DNA from: Candidatus Poribacteria bacterium
Lineage (GTDB): Bacteria; Poribacteria; WGA-4E; PCPOR2b
DNA length: 64,000 bases
Direction: 5' to 3'
Assembly: GCA_965208675.1 (NCBI GenBank)
Contig: OZ242351.1
Coordinates: forward strand, 736,001-800,000
Shown here piece by piece: positions 1-10,678 of this stretch (positions are counted from its first letter, which is position 1; the number at the start of each line of letters is the position of its first letter). The notes beneath the pieces are model-generated. The model made no database searches, was not told the origin of the DNA, and worked only from the letters and a program-made list of their open reading frames with translations. The translations under genes and the position numbers were made by a program.

Positions 1-1
1 A

Positions 2-400
2 TTCCATTTCAGCTTCCCGATTTTTAAAAACTATATCAACCACGCCGTCGTTCCGCACAGAATACTCTTCCGAAATTGTCTGGCGCGCCTCCTTCCCAAA
101 CCTATCGTAAAGGTTGAAAATCTTCCTTCCTTTGGCCAGGTTACTGTGACAGCGGCGGAAAACCGGCGGATGGTACACCTGCTCACGTATGTGCCGGAAC
201 TGCGGGGCAAGGCGCAGATTATTGAAGAGCCGATTTTTGTGCGCGACATTAGCGTATCACTAAGAATTGATGAGATTTTTCCCAAATCGGTCTACCTTGC
301 GCCTACCGGTGAAAAGCTCGACTTCACGGTGTCGGAAGGGTATGTGCACGTTTCAGTTCCTGAAGTCTGCGGCTACGAATTGCTCGTGTTTGAGGCGTAA
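2..400 (+). CDS. 3' part of a probable glycoside hydrolase (C-terminal beta-sandwich region), 5'-truncated by the window edge
   Basis: The frame is open from base 2 (FHFSFPIFKNY...VHLLTYVPELRG...YELLVFEA*). The tail resembles those of beta-galactosidase-trimerisation-type GH proteins. Confidence 0.55.
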   Translation, partial: FHFSFPIFKNYINHAVVPHRILFRNCLARLLPKPIVKVENLPSFGQVTVTAAENRRMVHLLTYVPELRGKAQIIEEPIFVRDISVSLRIDEIFPKSVYLAPTGEKLDFTVSEGYVHVSVPEVCGYELLVFEA

Positions 401-488
401 GCGTGACGTTGTCCTACATCTTGACAAATTTCAGTCATTGACATAGTTTTAAAATTTGGTGCACCAATTTAGATATGGAGGAATTACT

Positions 489-1346
489 ATGTTCAAGAAT
501 TTAGCTCCGGGTGGCATCGGCATCCAGGCGAATATACACGAATCATTAGAGTTGGCGAAGTCCACGGGATTTGGTGGGACGGATCTCAACATCGTCGAAG
601 CAAGCACGTTAGCTGAGACGCACTCAATCCAGTATGTCAAAGACCTTTGGTCGGAGGCTGGGTTGCAGATGGGCGCATGGGGACTAGAAATCGACTGGCG
701 CGCGAGCGGCGCAGCATATTACGAAAGCCTATCGCGTTTCGCCAAATTTGCGCAACTCGCGGCTGACCTCGGCTGTTTTCGCTGCACCAGTGCTCTACCG
801 GGGTGGTCGGATGAACTCACATTTACCGAGAACTGGGATTTCCACGTTAAACGCCTTCGTCCTGCCGCGGAGATCCTAAAAGATTTCGGTCATGCGCTCG
901 GTTTAGAGTATATTGCGCCCAGTACAAGCCGCGCATCGTCTAAGTACGGGTTCGTCCATAGCATGGACGGTATGTTGGCGCTCGGCGCGGGGATAGGCAC
1001 GGGCAACGTTCGCTTACTGCTGGATGCATGGCACTGGTATGTTGCGCACGAAACTATTGCGGATTTAAAGAAACTAAACGTGGACGATATAGTGTCCGTC
1101 CACATTTGCGATGCCCCGGCGGGCGTTGATGTGGATGATCAGGTCGATGGCGTGCGCGCAATGCCAGCCGAAACGGGGGTTGTGCCGCTGGGTGAATTCA
1201 TCCGAATTGTCAGCGACCTCGGTTACGACGGTCCGGTTGCGGCTGAACCCCTGAGGAAACCGGCAGATCACATGTCGCCGATGGAAGCCGCACATGCCAC
1301 ATCCGAATCATTGGATACGGTTTGGAGGCAAGCCGGTATATCGTAA
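489..1346 (+). CDS. Sugar phosphate isomerase/epimerase (xylose isomerase-like TIM barrel)
   Basis: GGAGG RBS before ATG 489. Metal-ligand motifs LGLEY, LLLDAWH, VHICDA and YDGPVAAE. Confidence 0.85.
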   Translation: MFKNLAPGGIGIQANIHESLELAKSTGFGGTDLNIVEASTLAETHSIQYVKDLWSEAGLQMGAWGLEIDWRASGAAYYESLSRFAKFAQLAADLGCFRCTSALPGWSDELTFTENWDFHVKRLRPAAEILKDFGHALGLEYIAPSTSRASSKYGFVHSMDGMLALGAGIGTGNVRLLLDAWHWYVAHETIADLKKLNVDDIVSVHICDAPAGVDVDDQVDGVRAMPAETGVVPLGEFIRIVSDLGYDGPVAAEPLRKPADHMSPMEAAHATSESLDTVWRQAGIS

Positions 1347-1476
1347 GTATGCGCACGGCGGTTCATCGGAGTTTTCAAAATTACCTCGCACAATAGAGGC
1401 GTTGAGTGCTCTAATCACACCGTATACACGAAACGCAGAAGACTTTTCGCTTAACTATCTGAAAGGATTTGGATCA

Positions 1477-1890
1477 ATGCCGGTTTTTAAGACTGCGGCT
1501 GAACTCTACACCTGTTTTGGCGGCTTGTTGGAGCAGATGGAATCTCAGACAGAAGCAGAGAAGGGGCTTAAGTCGCTGGATTTAACTATCAGGTTTTCGT
1601 TCACAGAACCGGCAGCATCCATGTCACTGATTTTGAATCACGGCGAGAAATCCATCTTTTATGGCGAATGTGAGCAAAACCCTGATTTAGAACTTGCTAT
1701 GACAGGGGATGTAGCCCATCGGTTCTGGATGGGTGAAATCAACGTGATGGAGGCGATTACAAAGCGGCAGATTGTGTTCGTCGGCTCGTTGTCAAAGATG
1801 CTAAATCTTGCGCCCCTGATTAAGGCGGCAATCAAGGTTTACCCACGGTATTTTCAAGAATACCGCACACAGTGTTTGGCGGAGTCTTAA
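1477..1890 (+). CDS. SCP2 sterol/lipid-binding domain protein
   Basis: AAAGGA RBS before ATG 1477. The stretch PDLELAMTGDVAHRFWMGEINVMEAITKRQIVFVGS is typical of SCP2. Confidence 0.75.
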   Translation: MPVFKTAAELYTCFGGLLEQMESQTEAEKGLKSLDLTIRFSFTEPAASMSLILNHGEKSIFYGECEQNPDLELAMTGDVAHRFWMGEINVMEAITKRQIVFVGSLSKMLNLAPLIKAAIKVYPRYFQEYRTQCLAES

Positions 1891-2047
1891 GTCCAGAATG
1901 CTGCCATTGCATCAAGCACTGTGAAACCTGCGCCAAGTCTACTCGTTTCTATCCTTAGTATACTTTAACAGAGGCACGTCGGCGAAATACTCATCACATT
2001 TCTAAATTGCTATGTGACTCTGAAACCGACTCCCAGATTGGACGAAA

Positions 2048-2791
2048 ATGAAATTTGCCGCCCAAACAGACCGAGGAATCCGCCGCGCACGCAACGAGGA
2101 TTGTTACTATGTCAATCCCAAAAACAATCTGTTCGTGATTGCAGATGGGATGGGCGGCCACAGCGCAGGCGGAATTGCTAGTCAGATGGCTGTAGCAGTA
2201 TTTCAGAATTGGGTGGAAGAACTAAGTTGCGAATCTACATTCAGCCAATCCACGGCCCCATCTGAAAAAATCAGTATACTGACGGAACTTACCATGGAAT
2301 CGAACCGCCGTATTTACGCTCAATCGCAGCAACACGGTATCCCGGACGGTATGGGCACTACACTGACAAACGGTTTCCTAAATGGCGCGCACCTCTGCTA
2401 CGTTCACGTTGGTGATAGCCGGCTCTATATATTGAGGGATGGCGCGTTGACGCAGGTTACGAAAGATCATTCTCTCGTTCAAGAGATGGTAGATGCGGGC
2501 AAAATATCGCCTGAAACAGCACGTGTGCACCCACAGCGAAACATTATCCGTAACGCAGTTGGCTTGGAACCGACGCTAAAAATTGATTCCGGTTGTTATC
2601 CGCTCGAACAGGGCGATCTCGTTCTTGCATGCACCGATGGGCTGCACGACATGATTGTTGACGATGCTGAAATAGCAAGACTCATCGCCGCCGCACCAAA
2701 CCTCGATGCCGCCTGCCATAACCTAATTGACGCCTCGCTTGACTACGGCGGCGAGGATAACGTCACGCTGATTCTCGCTACGCCAGATTGA
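2048..2791 (+). CDS. PP2C-family Ser/Thr protein phosphatase (Stp1/PrpC type)
   Basis: Motifs RNED, ADGMGGH, GMGTT, HVGDSR, DHS, CTDGL and GEDNVT. Confidence 0.95.
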   Translation: MKFAAQTDRGIRRARNEDCYYVNPKNNLFVIADGMGGHSAGGIASQMAVAVFQNWVEELSCESTFSQSTAPSEKISILTELTMESNRRIYAQSQQHGIPDGMGTTLTNGFLNGAHLCYVHVGDSRLYILRDGALTQVTKDHSLVQEMVDAGKISPETARVHPQRNIIRNAVGLEPTLKIDSGCYPLEQGDLVLACTDGLHDMIVDDAEIARLIAAAPNLDAACHNLIDASLDYGGEDNVTLILATPD

Positions 2792-2915
2792 GTTCAGCGG
2801 TAGAAAGGCGAGGCTTTATAGCGACTCCGGCTTAGTAGCCCCCATTTGCATCTGGCAACGGCTGCCCGCTAAACGCCGATTTCACCGGGGTATTATTACA
2901 CCGTTTGACACACAA

Positions 2916-3335
2916 CTAGGGTGTAGCGCCGCGCCATTCATCTTCGGCACAAGTGATGTCGATTACATTTCCATCTGGATCAGCAACCTTAAAAGATCGC
3001 ACTGGCGGTGCTTCCATGTCAATTTCATCCCGAATTTTGACATCATCACGCAACAGCCGTGCGCCTGTCTCCCGAAGAGTTTTGTAAGTACACTCTAAAT
3101 CAACCACAATTAACCCAAAGTGTGCAAATTCTGTTCCCTCCTCTAGCGGCTGACGTTTTTCTCCGTCATACTGTATGATTGTCATGTTGAGTGTACCGTC
3201 GGTGAGGTCAATTCCCTTGCCGCTTGGACGATGGCCGATATATTTCAATCCGAGAATCTCATAAAACCGTCTTGACGCTTCCATATCGCCCGCTCGGATT
3301 GCAATATGCCTCAATGAAGCCATTAGCAAGTCCAC
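2916..3335 (-). CDS. VOC/glyoxalase family protein
   Basis: Motifs LRHIAIRAGDMEASRRFYE, HFGLIV and DPDGNVIDI. Confidence 0.85.
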   Translation of the reverse strand: MDLLMASLRHIAIRAGDMEASRRFYEILGLKYIGHRPSGKGIDLTDGTLNMTIIQYDGEKRQPLEEGTEFAHFGLIVVDLECTYKTLRETGARLLRDDVKIRDEIDMEAPPVRSFKVADPDGNVIDITCAEDEWRGATP

Positions 3336-3385
3336 TCACTACCTATTTTTCGAGTCGGAAGGCGGTAGGCTTTAACACCGTCAGC

Positions 3386-5107
3386 TCATATTAACGACGA
3401 CTTTAATTCTTCAAAGTAGTCAGATGCAAGCCTGTTTTCTGCGGCATGGGTCATCTCGTAGCGCTGACACAACTTGATGTACCGTTCGATGAGTTGTGTG
3501 CGCTCCGCAGGCGGGATTTCATCACCAGTGACAATCATCGCCCTATACGCACAAATGGAAGCCTTCTCCACCCGTGCCCGAACTACATCATCATCCGCCA
3601 TGGCGAGTGCCCGTTCAAAGTATTCAAATATTTCTCGTGCGAACTCGGCATCCAACCCAACCTCGTGCGGTAATGGAAAGCAACCCGGATGGAGTCCGCG
3701 GGCATCGGCATTATCGTGGAGCCGATTAATATAGTCCAAAATGGGTTGTGCTGCGCCTCCGTAGTGCAACCTAACAAATTCGCCGCAGAGCGCTTCGTCA
3801 TCAAGCTCAGGGTCCCAAATCAGGCGGGCGATGATGTAGTTCCGCAGGTCGCATAGCTCGCCGGTCGTGCTGCTGCCGTTCGCCTGCATGAACACACCTT
3901 TGGCGTTATTGCGCAAAAAGTAACGGACATTGGGACTAATAACGCGCAGGTTCGGAAAGGGCAAATCATAGGCGTGGAAATTCGTGTTGTAGTTCCAAAT
4001 CCAGATGTCATTGCAGATCTTCCCCCACTCGTCCGCATCCCGGCAGAAAGCACGATTCTTTTCGCATTTTGAATCGTCGATTGGGTGCAACGTGCAACAT
4101 TCGATGCTGCACAATTGGATTTGGACATTGTGCCTCGGGCGGATGGTTATCGGGGCTTTCCGTGTGTACCAATACGCGAGCGTCCCAATTTTCACGTCTG
4201 GATGAGCCTTCTCGACTCTTTCAGCTACAGCATTAACAAATGTAAGCTGAGCACCCATTGGTGTGTCTTCACGCCCGTTGATTTCTTCACATGCATTACA
4301 ACGGCAGTATGCGTTGGTATCAGCTTGACTAACACTGATATTTCGCGCTAAGGGTTTGTCGTTCAGCCTTTTTATCGCGGCTGCTGCCGCGGTTTCAACA
4401 ACCCCCGGATTAGTGACACACAATTGCGGCCCTCCGCCACGCGTGCGAGTATCGCGTTCACCGTCCACTAACGCATAAAATTCTGGATTGGATTTCCCGT
4501 ATTCGTTGTATGGCACCAGCAGGTGGACCGAGTGGTTGATAAGCGATTGCCCCGTGTTTCCGCCAAGCCGGTCCTCGCCTGTGACGGTGTTTACCCGAAG
4601 CTTGGCGGCAAATTCAGGATGCTCCGCGTTCTCCCGGTAGAAACTCCACCGAAACGAAAATGGAGGGGTGTAGGTACGAGTGCCGCACGGAATCTTTAGC
4701 GCAGCTACATCAGGAACGTGTGTATGATCGTATGTAAGAAAACGCACGCCCAGGTAATCTTCGAGAAATTGGTATACGCCGTAAAGCGTACCGCGCGGAC
4801 GACCGCCGGCGACTACCAGACGATTCGTTTCGATGCTAATTCGCAGTTCTTCCTCCTGCATTGCAGAGGGGTTTAGATTCGCTGCGTCTGCGCCAATAAT
4901 GACATGACACGACGTCCCTTCAGCCGCTGAACGCAGCGGCAGTTGGACTCCGGTGCTTCGACTAAACCACCGCTGAAATTCTTCCGCCGCATATTTTTCG
5001 GAAGGGATTGCCTCATCAGCGATCACAATATCCCATGTGTGCATTTGGGAGCAATCTAGGTAATCCCCGCAGTCTACAGCTTTCGAGGTTGGCATTTTTC
5101 TCGCCAT
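3386..5107 (-). CDS. DUF4838 domain protein (glycoside-hydrolase-like)
   Basis: N-terminal motif GGRPRGTLYGVYQFLEDYLGVRF, then NPEFYAL, QLCVTNP, CRCNAC, TLAY and IARLIWDP. Confidence 0.85.
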   Translation of the reverse strand: MARKMPTSKAVDCGDYLDCSQMHTWDIVIADEAIPSEKYAAEEFQRWFSRSTGVQLPLRSAAEGTSCHVIIGADAANLNPSAMQEEELRISIETNRLVVAGGRPRGTLYGVYQFLEDYLGVRFLTYDHTHVPDVAALKIPCGTRTYTPPFSFRWSFYRENAEHPEFAAKLRVNTVTGEDRLGGNTGQSLINHSVHLLVPYNEYGKSNPEFYALVDGERDTRTRGGGPQLCVTNPGVVETAAAAAIKRLNDKPLARNISVSQADTNAYCRCNACEEINGREDTPMGAQLTFVNAVAERVEKAHPDVKIGTLAYWYTRKAPITIRPRHNVQIQLCSIECCTLHPIDDSKCEKNRAFCRDADEWGKICNDIWIWNYNTNFHAYDLPFPNLRVISPNVRYFLRNNAKGVFMQANGSSTTGELCDLRNYIIARLIWDPELDDEALCGEFVRLHYGGAAQPILDYINRLHDNADARGLHPGCFPLPHEVGLDAEFAREIFEYFERALAMADDDVVRARVEKASICAYRAMIVTGDEIPPAERTQLIERYIKLCQRYEMTHAAENRLASDYFEELKSSLI

Positions 5108-5217
5108 TCTTGCAAGTGTTGCACATCGACCACCTGAAATTATCTGAGCACATACGTGCAGTGAACGTCACATCTGGTGTTACCGAGTATGGAAGTTCTC
5201 TCGATTACAACGTCACC

Positions 5218-5622
5218 TCATTCGGTGGGGCAACTGTCGGATTCACATTTTGTGCGGCCCAAACGAGAGCGGTTTTTTGAGATAATCAAGTATATGCCTT
5301 TTAGCAGCGTTCTAATTACGGGCACAAGGTAGATCCATGTGATATAGCGAAACTTGCCAATTCGCCGGTAAATCTGATATAAAGCGTCTGCTCCGCAATG
5401 AACCTTTCCGGCATGGTCAATTAACCGCATCCCCGCCTTTGACTCAATCTCGAGGAGCTGTGGATAAAGCGCATGGAGATCTTGCGTCTGCTTTGGGGTA
5501 TAGAGAAACTGATCGGCGTTATCTCTATCGCGAATACGGCGAATTCCGCTATCACAAAAATTACACTCAGCATCGTAGATAATCACAGGTCTGGCCGGTT
5601 CGGTTACATTGTTCGTATTCAT
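5218..5622 (-). CDS. DCC1-like thiol-disulfide oxidoreductase (DUF393)
   Basis: N-terminal IIYDAECNFC (DxxCxxC) and C-terminal Y..ISKNR. Confidence 0.85.
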   Translation of the reverse strand: MNTNNVTEPARPVIIYDAECNFCDSGIRRIRDRDNADQFLYTPKQTQDLHALYPQLLEIESKAGMRLIDHAGKVHCGADALYQIYRRIGKFRYITWIYLVPVIRTLLKGIYLIISKNRSRLGRTKCESDSCPTE

Positions 5623-5651
5623 GCGAAAATTCTCCTTCTATGTTTCGCTCC

Positions 5652-7418
5652 TTACATCTCCTCAAGGGCTTTAATTCCCAATAGTGCCAGTGAATTTCTG
5701 ATGACGACCGCCGAAGCGCTTACTAACGCCAGTCGGGCTGCCGCCAACGTCGCAGGTTCCGCCGCAAGCACAGGATGCCGGTGATAAAATTGATTCACGG
5801 CCTGCGCGGTGGCGAACACATGATTGCAGATGCGAGCCAGAGTGAACTCGCCCGCGGCTTCTGCTACGACGTCCGGAAACTGAATTAACCCGCGAAGGAG
5901 TTCCAACTCTTCGGTGTTTCCGAGAAGAGAGTAATCCGGTTCAATAGACGCGAGACCGCGATTTTCTGACTTTCGCAGAATGCTGGCACAGCGAGCGTAG
6001 GCGTATTGACAATAGGGGCCCGTAAATCCGTCAAAGGAGATTGATTCCTTCGGCTCAAAGTTGATATCAAGTTCAGGGCGCGTGCGTAAAAGGTAGAATT
6101 TAATAGCAGCAAGGCCAATGGCATGCGCACGCTTTTGGATTTCTTCATGAGACAGTGTGTTTTCGGTATCACGCCGCCGAATCTCATCTTCGGCGAGTTG
6201 CCGCATTTCTTCAATCAAGTCGTCGGCATCAACCACCGTGCCTTCCCGTGATTTCATCTTGCCTTCCGGAAGATTGACCATACCGTAGGATAGATGGTGG
6301 CATCCGTCCGCCCATTCAAAACGGAGCATATTGAGCATCTTGAAAAGACATTGGAAGTGGTAATTTTGCTCTTTCGCAACGACGTAGATTGAGCGGTGCG
6401 GCTGATGGTCGTCGAACTTTAGCTTCGCTGTCCCCAAGTCCTGCGTGATGTAGACGCTTGTGCCGTCGTCACGGAGCAGCGTTACGACCTTCTGGCTCCC
6501 ATCCTTCTCGCCGCCAAACTCATCAATAGGAAGTGGGGCTATGACTGCACCGTTTGCAGCTTCGTTGAACACGCCCTCGTCCAATCCTACCTGAACGAGG
6601 TCTTTGCCAAGCGTGTAGGTGTTGGATTCGTAGTAGAATACGTCGAACACGAAGCCTAGCTTTCGATAGGTCTCCTCGTAACCGAAATACACCCACTGGT
6701 TCATCATCTCCCACAGCTTAATTGTCGCGGGGTCGCCTGATTCCCATTTACGGAGCATCGCCTGCACATCTTCTTGTAGCTGTGGATTTTTTTTGGCTTC
6801 CTGATCGTATCGGACGTACCAATTACCGACGAAGTGATCACCCTTCGTATCTGCAGATTCCGGCGTGTCTCCGTTCGCCCACTTACTCCACGCCAGCATG
6901 GATTTGCAGATATGCACCCCTCTATCGTTCACAAGGTTTGCTTTAATAACCGTGTGGCCTGCGGCTTCAAGCAGGTTGGAAACGCCCATACCGAGGACAC
7001 CGTTTCGAATGTGACCTAAATGCAGCGGTTTGTTGGTGTTAGGCGACAGGTACTCGACCATTACCCGACGACCGTTTCCCAAGTTGTTGTTGCCGAAGGC
7101 TTTTTTCCTTCGGATTTCAGTACACACGTCCCCAAACAGTAGGCTGTTGTGAAGTTTAAAATTCACATACGGCCCAACGGCAGTTACCGTTTTAAGTGAC
7201 TCATTGGGTTGAATCTCCGACGCAATGGTTTTGGCAATGTTTGCAGGATTCTGCCGAAACTGCTTAGCCAAGGGGAAACACTCGACCGCAAAATCTCCGA
7301 ATTCGACTTTCGGGGGATAATTTAGATTGAGATTCTGGGGACGCTGACCAAACACGGTTTTACAAGCGGCTTCTATCGCCGATAGAATCTCTGTTTTAAT
7401 GTTGGCGATCGACATCAT
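5652..7418 (-). CDS. argS: Arginine--tRNA ligase
   Basis: SPNTNKPLHLGH (HIGH motif), GKMKSREG, and the DALR anticodon domain (GPYCQYAYAR). Confidence 0.97.
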   Translation of the reverse strand: MMSIANIKTEILSAIEAACKTVFGQRPQNLNLNYPPKVEFGDFAVECFPLAKQFRQNPANIAKTIASEIQPNESLKTVTAVGPYVNFKLHNSLLFGDVCTEIRRKKAFGNNNLGNGRRVMVEYLSPNTNKPLHLGHIRNGVLGMGVSNLLEAAGHTVIKANLVNDRGVHICKSMLAWSKWANGDTPESADTKGDHFVGNWYVRYDQEAKKNPQLQEDVQAMLRKWESGDPATIKLWEMMNQWVYFGYEETYRKLGFVFDVFYYESNTYTLGKDLVQVGLDEGVFNEAANGAVIAPLPIDEFGGEKDGSQKVVTLLRDDGTSVYITQDLGTAKLKFDDHQPHRSIYVVAKEQNYHFQCLFKMLNMLRFEWADGCHHLSYGMVNLPEGKMKSREGTVVDADDLIEEMRQLAEDEIRRRDTENTLSHEEIQKRAHAIGLAAIKFYLLRTRPELDINFEPKESISFDGFTGPYCQYAYARCASILRKSENRGLASIEPDYSLLGNTEELELLRGLIQFPDVVAEAAGEFTLARICNHVFATAQAVNQFYHRHPVLAAEPATLAAARLALVSASAVVIRNSLALLGIKALEEM

Positions 7419-7918
7419 CCCTCACTTTCGCTTGTTGAATCAGTAGAAACAAGGTTTACGTCCTCGCCAAAATCGATATCGTCGTCGCCAAACGCATCAA
7501 AATCTTCATCGAATTCATCATATTCAACTTCGACCTCTACATCGGGTACTTCAATTGTAGGGGCTTCATGCCAGAGTCGTTCAAGATTGTAATACTCACG
7601 TTTTTCATCCAAAAAGATGTGCACAATAAAATCGACATAGTCCAACAAAATCCAATCTGACTTACGTTCGCCTTCTCGATGCCAAGGGCGCGCGTCCCAA
7701 TTGTCCTTCAACTTCTCCAATACTGCTTCAGAAATTCCTTCCACTTGAATATCTGAGATGCCGCTGCATATCACGAAAAAATCTGTAAAGCCCGCCATGG
7801 CTCGCAAATCGAGAATCGAGGTGTTGTGCGCCTTTCGGCTCAACGCAGCAGCTGCGGCAGCTTTCGCCATGTCCAGTGTATTTTCTTCCACGTTGGCTCC
7901 TTTTCGAAATGTTACCAT
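7415..7918 (-). CDS. rsfS: Ribosome silencing factor with an acidic C-terminal tail
   Basis: Motifs DFFVICSG, WILLDYVDFIVHIF and REYYNLERLW. Confidence 0.93.
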   Translation of the reverse strand: MVTFRKGANVEENTLDMAKAAAAAALSRKAHNTSILDLRAMAGFTDFFVICSGISDIQVEGISEAVLEKLKDNWDARPWHREGERKSDWILLDYVDFIVHIFLDEKREYYNLERLWHEAPTIEVPDVEVEVEYDEFDEDFDAFGDDDIDFGEDVNLVSTDSTSESEG

Positions 7919-7943
7919 TAACAGTTTGCCGGATTCCTAGTTA

Positions 7944-8561
7944 TTATCCGGTGCTGCAGGTTTTTTGTAATGCGGCGTTGTAGGCGTCAATTGTGTTCGG
8001 GTGGATGGCCTTTCCTTTAGTGAGCAGCCGCTCAATTTTGTAACGGCTGACTTCCAATACCGCTCGGTTCAAATCTTGATACGCCAACTTACGGACGATA
8101 TCCGCCTCTCTATAGGTGCGCTGCGGTTCAGCAAAATCGGCGACGTACAAAATCCTGTCGATAAGCGTCATTGCGCCACTGCCGGTAGTGTGCAGGCGAA
8201 TGGCGCTGAGAATTTCAGGATGGTCGATGCCAAAACGCTTAACGGCCAGCTCGGCACCGATGCGCGCATGCAAAATGGATGGGTGGGCACGCTCAATGAC
8301 ATCAAGATGAAGTCCGAAATGGGCTGCGGATTTGAACAATTCCTCGGCACTCATCCATTTTGCGCAATCGTGCAGCAGCGCGGCAAAATTCAACTTCTGT
8401 GTATCGGCAGAATATCTTCTCGCCAAATCGACTGCCGTGTCGCGTACAGAAAGGACGTGCGCATAACGTCTTGGCTGGAGTTTCTCTTTGAGGTAACGCT
8501 GAATTTCAACTGTCTTAGGGTGTTCCAGCCAATCTCCTTCCGCACTGACATCATTATTCAT
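7944..8561 (-). CDS. yqeK: HD-domain Ap4A hydrolase YqeK
   Basis: Motifs RYAH, LLHDCAK, HTTG and ADFAEPQR, in the nadD-rsfS context. Confidence 0.9.
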   Translation of the reverse strand: MNNDVSAEGDWLEHPKTVEIQRYLKEKLQPRRYAHVLSVRDTAVDLARRYSADTQKLNFAALLHDCAKWMSAEELFKSAAHFGLHLDVIERAHPSILHARIGAELAVKRFGIDHPEILSAIRLHTTGSGAMTLIDRILYVADFAEPQRTYREADIVRKLAYQDLNRAVLEVSRYKIERLLTKGKAIHPNTIDAYNAALQKTCSTG

Positions 8562-8805
8562 CGTTACTGTTAATGTCGTCTACTCTTCCCGCCTTTGACA
8601 GGAATTGCGAGAACGCCTCCCGCTCTTCATTCGTCATAGCTTGTACACTGGGCAATGGTGTGCTAATTCTGTACTCCTCGTTGAACCATTTGCCTAAGTC
8701 AATCGATTTACAACGAGAACTACAGAATGGAAAGTGGGGCGGTAACTCTTTACCTTTATCATCAAATTCGTAGGATTCGCCACAGATACTGCATCGGAGG
8801 GTCAA
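8554..8805 (-). CDS. yacG: DNA gyrase inhibitor YacG (zinc finger)
   Basis: CSIC...PFCSSRCKSIDLGKW..EEYRI. Confidence 0.9.
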   Translation of the reverse strand: MTLRCSICGESYEFDDKGKELPPHFPFCSSRCKSIDLGKWFNEEYRISTPLPSVQAMTNEEREAFSQFLSKAGRVDDINSNDE

Positions 8806-8815
8806 TCTGCATCAC

Positions 8816-9397
8816 CTATCTGTAAAGTTCATGTTGAAAAATATAGTCTTCTACAGTATGGGGCACTAGGTATCGGATAGAACGTCTTTCCCGGACACGC
8901 TCACGAATTTCGGACGCTGAAATATTGAGACCAGTAATTGAGTAAACCTGGACGCGGTTGTGAATGTTAGGAAGCGCTTCCTCAATACAGTAGTTAGGCC
9001 GCGTGGTTGCGATGAAATGGCAGGTCTCGAGCAACTCATCAAAATCCTTCCAGATTGTGAATTCAATCAGCGAGTCCGCGCCAATAATCCACGCTAGTTG
9101 GCACGCGTCCCCGTAAAATGATTGTAACTCCTTTATGGTCTGAATTGCGTAGGATGCGCCGTTGCGATCCAATTCAATCCGTGAGACCTCAAAATCAGGA
9201 TTGTCCTTTATCGCCAACCGGGTCATCTGATAGCGATGCTCAGGATCGATGATGTCCCAAGGTTCTTTGTGAGGTGGACGCGCAGATGGGATAAAGAGAA
9301 CCTTGTCGTAACCTAATCCATCGCGCACCTGCTCTGCGCTCAGCAGGTGCGCGTTATGAATGGGGTTAAAGGTGCCTCCCAAAATAGCAATTTTCAT
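8816..9397 (-). CDS. nadD: Nicotinate-nucleotide adenylyltransferase
   Basis: Motifs GGTFNPIHNAH, PPHK, IIGADS and ISASEIR. Confidence 0.96.
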   Translation of the reverse strand: MKIAILGGTFNPIHNAHLLSAEQVRDGLGYDKVLFIPSARPPHKEPWDIIDPEHRYQMTRLAIKDNPDFEVSRIELDRNGASYAIQTIKELQSFYGDACQLAWIIGADSLIEFTIWKDFDELLETCHFIATTRPNYCIEEALPNIHNRVQVYSITGLNISASEIRERVRERRSIRYLVPHTVEDYIFQHELYR

Positions 9398-9479
9398 GAT
9401 GGCAGTTGCGATTTAATCGGGTACAGTACGGTTTACACCAATACTGAAGGTTCTTTAATAATGTCATTTTCCCAATTGA

Positions 9480-9508
9480 ATTATACTTACTGTGTGAACA
9501 CATGTCAA
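9480..9508 (-). promoter_or_regulatory. Consensus sigma70 promoter of the nadD-argS operon
   Basis: Minus strand TTGACA-17 nt-TATAAT, a perfect consensus about 80 nt upstream of nadD. Confidence 0.8.
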
Positions 9509-9604
9509 TAAGAAACCTAACCCTGCGCTGCCGCATAGCGTGATTGTAAGGGTAGCGGGTTGATTGACTGATGGCTTTTCTTACGCTGTTCCCGTGTTCC
9601 AATC

Positions 9605-10561
9605 TCACACCGGACCACGCTTCTGATTTTCCCGCCTTTTTACACTAGCTGGAAATTGATTGACAAGATAGATGCCAAGCACAACCAGAGGTGTCCCAAT
9701 GCCGAGTCCGGGGGTAAATGGCTCCTTAAGGAGTACGTAACTGAGTGCGATTCCCCAGAGTGGCGTTGTAAAAAACAGGACGGCGACCCGGCTGGGAGGG
9801 TAGTATTTCAGCACCAGTGTCCACGCAACAAGACAGAAACCCGCAACCACCGCACCCTGATACAAAACGGCGAACAATGCGGGATTAGAAAATCCATAGC
9901 CGACTTTCCCTTCAAAAATCGCACTTAATATGAAAAAAAACGGTATACCAACCGCCATCTGGGAGGTAAGTAATCGATACGGGTGAATCGACTGAACCAG
10001 CCGATTAGTCAGCGTAATTAGTAGACCAAGCTGGAGTCCGCTTAGAAGCGTTAGCAAATCGCCAGCGAGATGCCCGCTCGTGTCACCGATTAGGTTGTCA
10101 CGAAAGACAATCAGAATACCGCTAAATGCGACGATTAATCCCACGGTTTTCCATCGTCCCAACCTATCTCCCGGAACGATGAAATGTGAGACGATGGCGA
10201 CAAAGAATGGATGCGTGTTGACGAAGACCACCGACCGCCCCGCATGTGTGAGGTTCGTACCCCAGTTTAAGCAGGTTGTTTGCCCCGTAAATAGGAGTCC
10301 GAACAGGAGCAACCGCAAGAGTTCGTCCGCCTTCGGTTTCAGCGACTCTCCTTGTGAGGTTGCCCATAACGCGATAACGAACAACCCAATCGAATACCTT
10401 AATCCTGCCAGAGCGAACGGCGCGAATTGTTGAAGTCCAACCTTAATCGAAACGGAAATGCCGCCCCAAAGCAGCGCCAAAAATAGCACGAACAACACTA
10501 TCTTTATCGGAACATCGACTTCACCGGTTTTTTGATTCGATTTTGGCCGCATCCATCTCAC
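9605..10561 (-). CDS. DMT/EamA family transporter
   Basis: About 10 TM segments in two EamA repeats (LLWG...K.GL..F.PF.LAGLRY). Confidence 0.9.
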   Translation of the reverse strand: MRWMRPKSNQKTGEVDVPIKIVLFVLFLALLWGGISVSIKVGLQQFAPFALAGLRYSIGLFVIALWATSQGESLKPKADELLRLLLFGLLFTGQTTCLNWGTNLTHAGRSVVFVNTHPFFVAIVSHFIVPGDRLGRWKTVGLIVAFSGILIVFRDNLIGDTSGHLAGDLLTLLSGLQLGLLITLTNRLVQSIHPYRLLTSQMAVGIPFFFILSAIFEGKVGYGFSNPALFAVLYQGAVVAGFCLVAWTLVLKYYPPSRVAVLFFTTPLWGIALSYVLLKEPFTPGLGIGTPLVVLGIYLVNQFPASVKRRENQKRGPV

Positions 10562-10678
10562 TATTTACAATGTGCTCCTTACCTTGATTCTGTTAATTGC
10601 AAGCTCAGTCAGTGTCAGTGGATTGTCCACCTACCAAACAAATTACTTGGTTGATTCTTCTGTCTCACGCAAATTGCT

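Noticed and set aside
1294-1476. N-terminal extension of the SCP2 ORF
   Set aside because: It overlaps the upstream gene, and an RBS supports ATG 1477.
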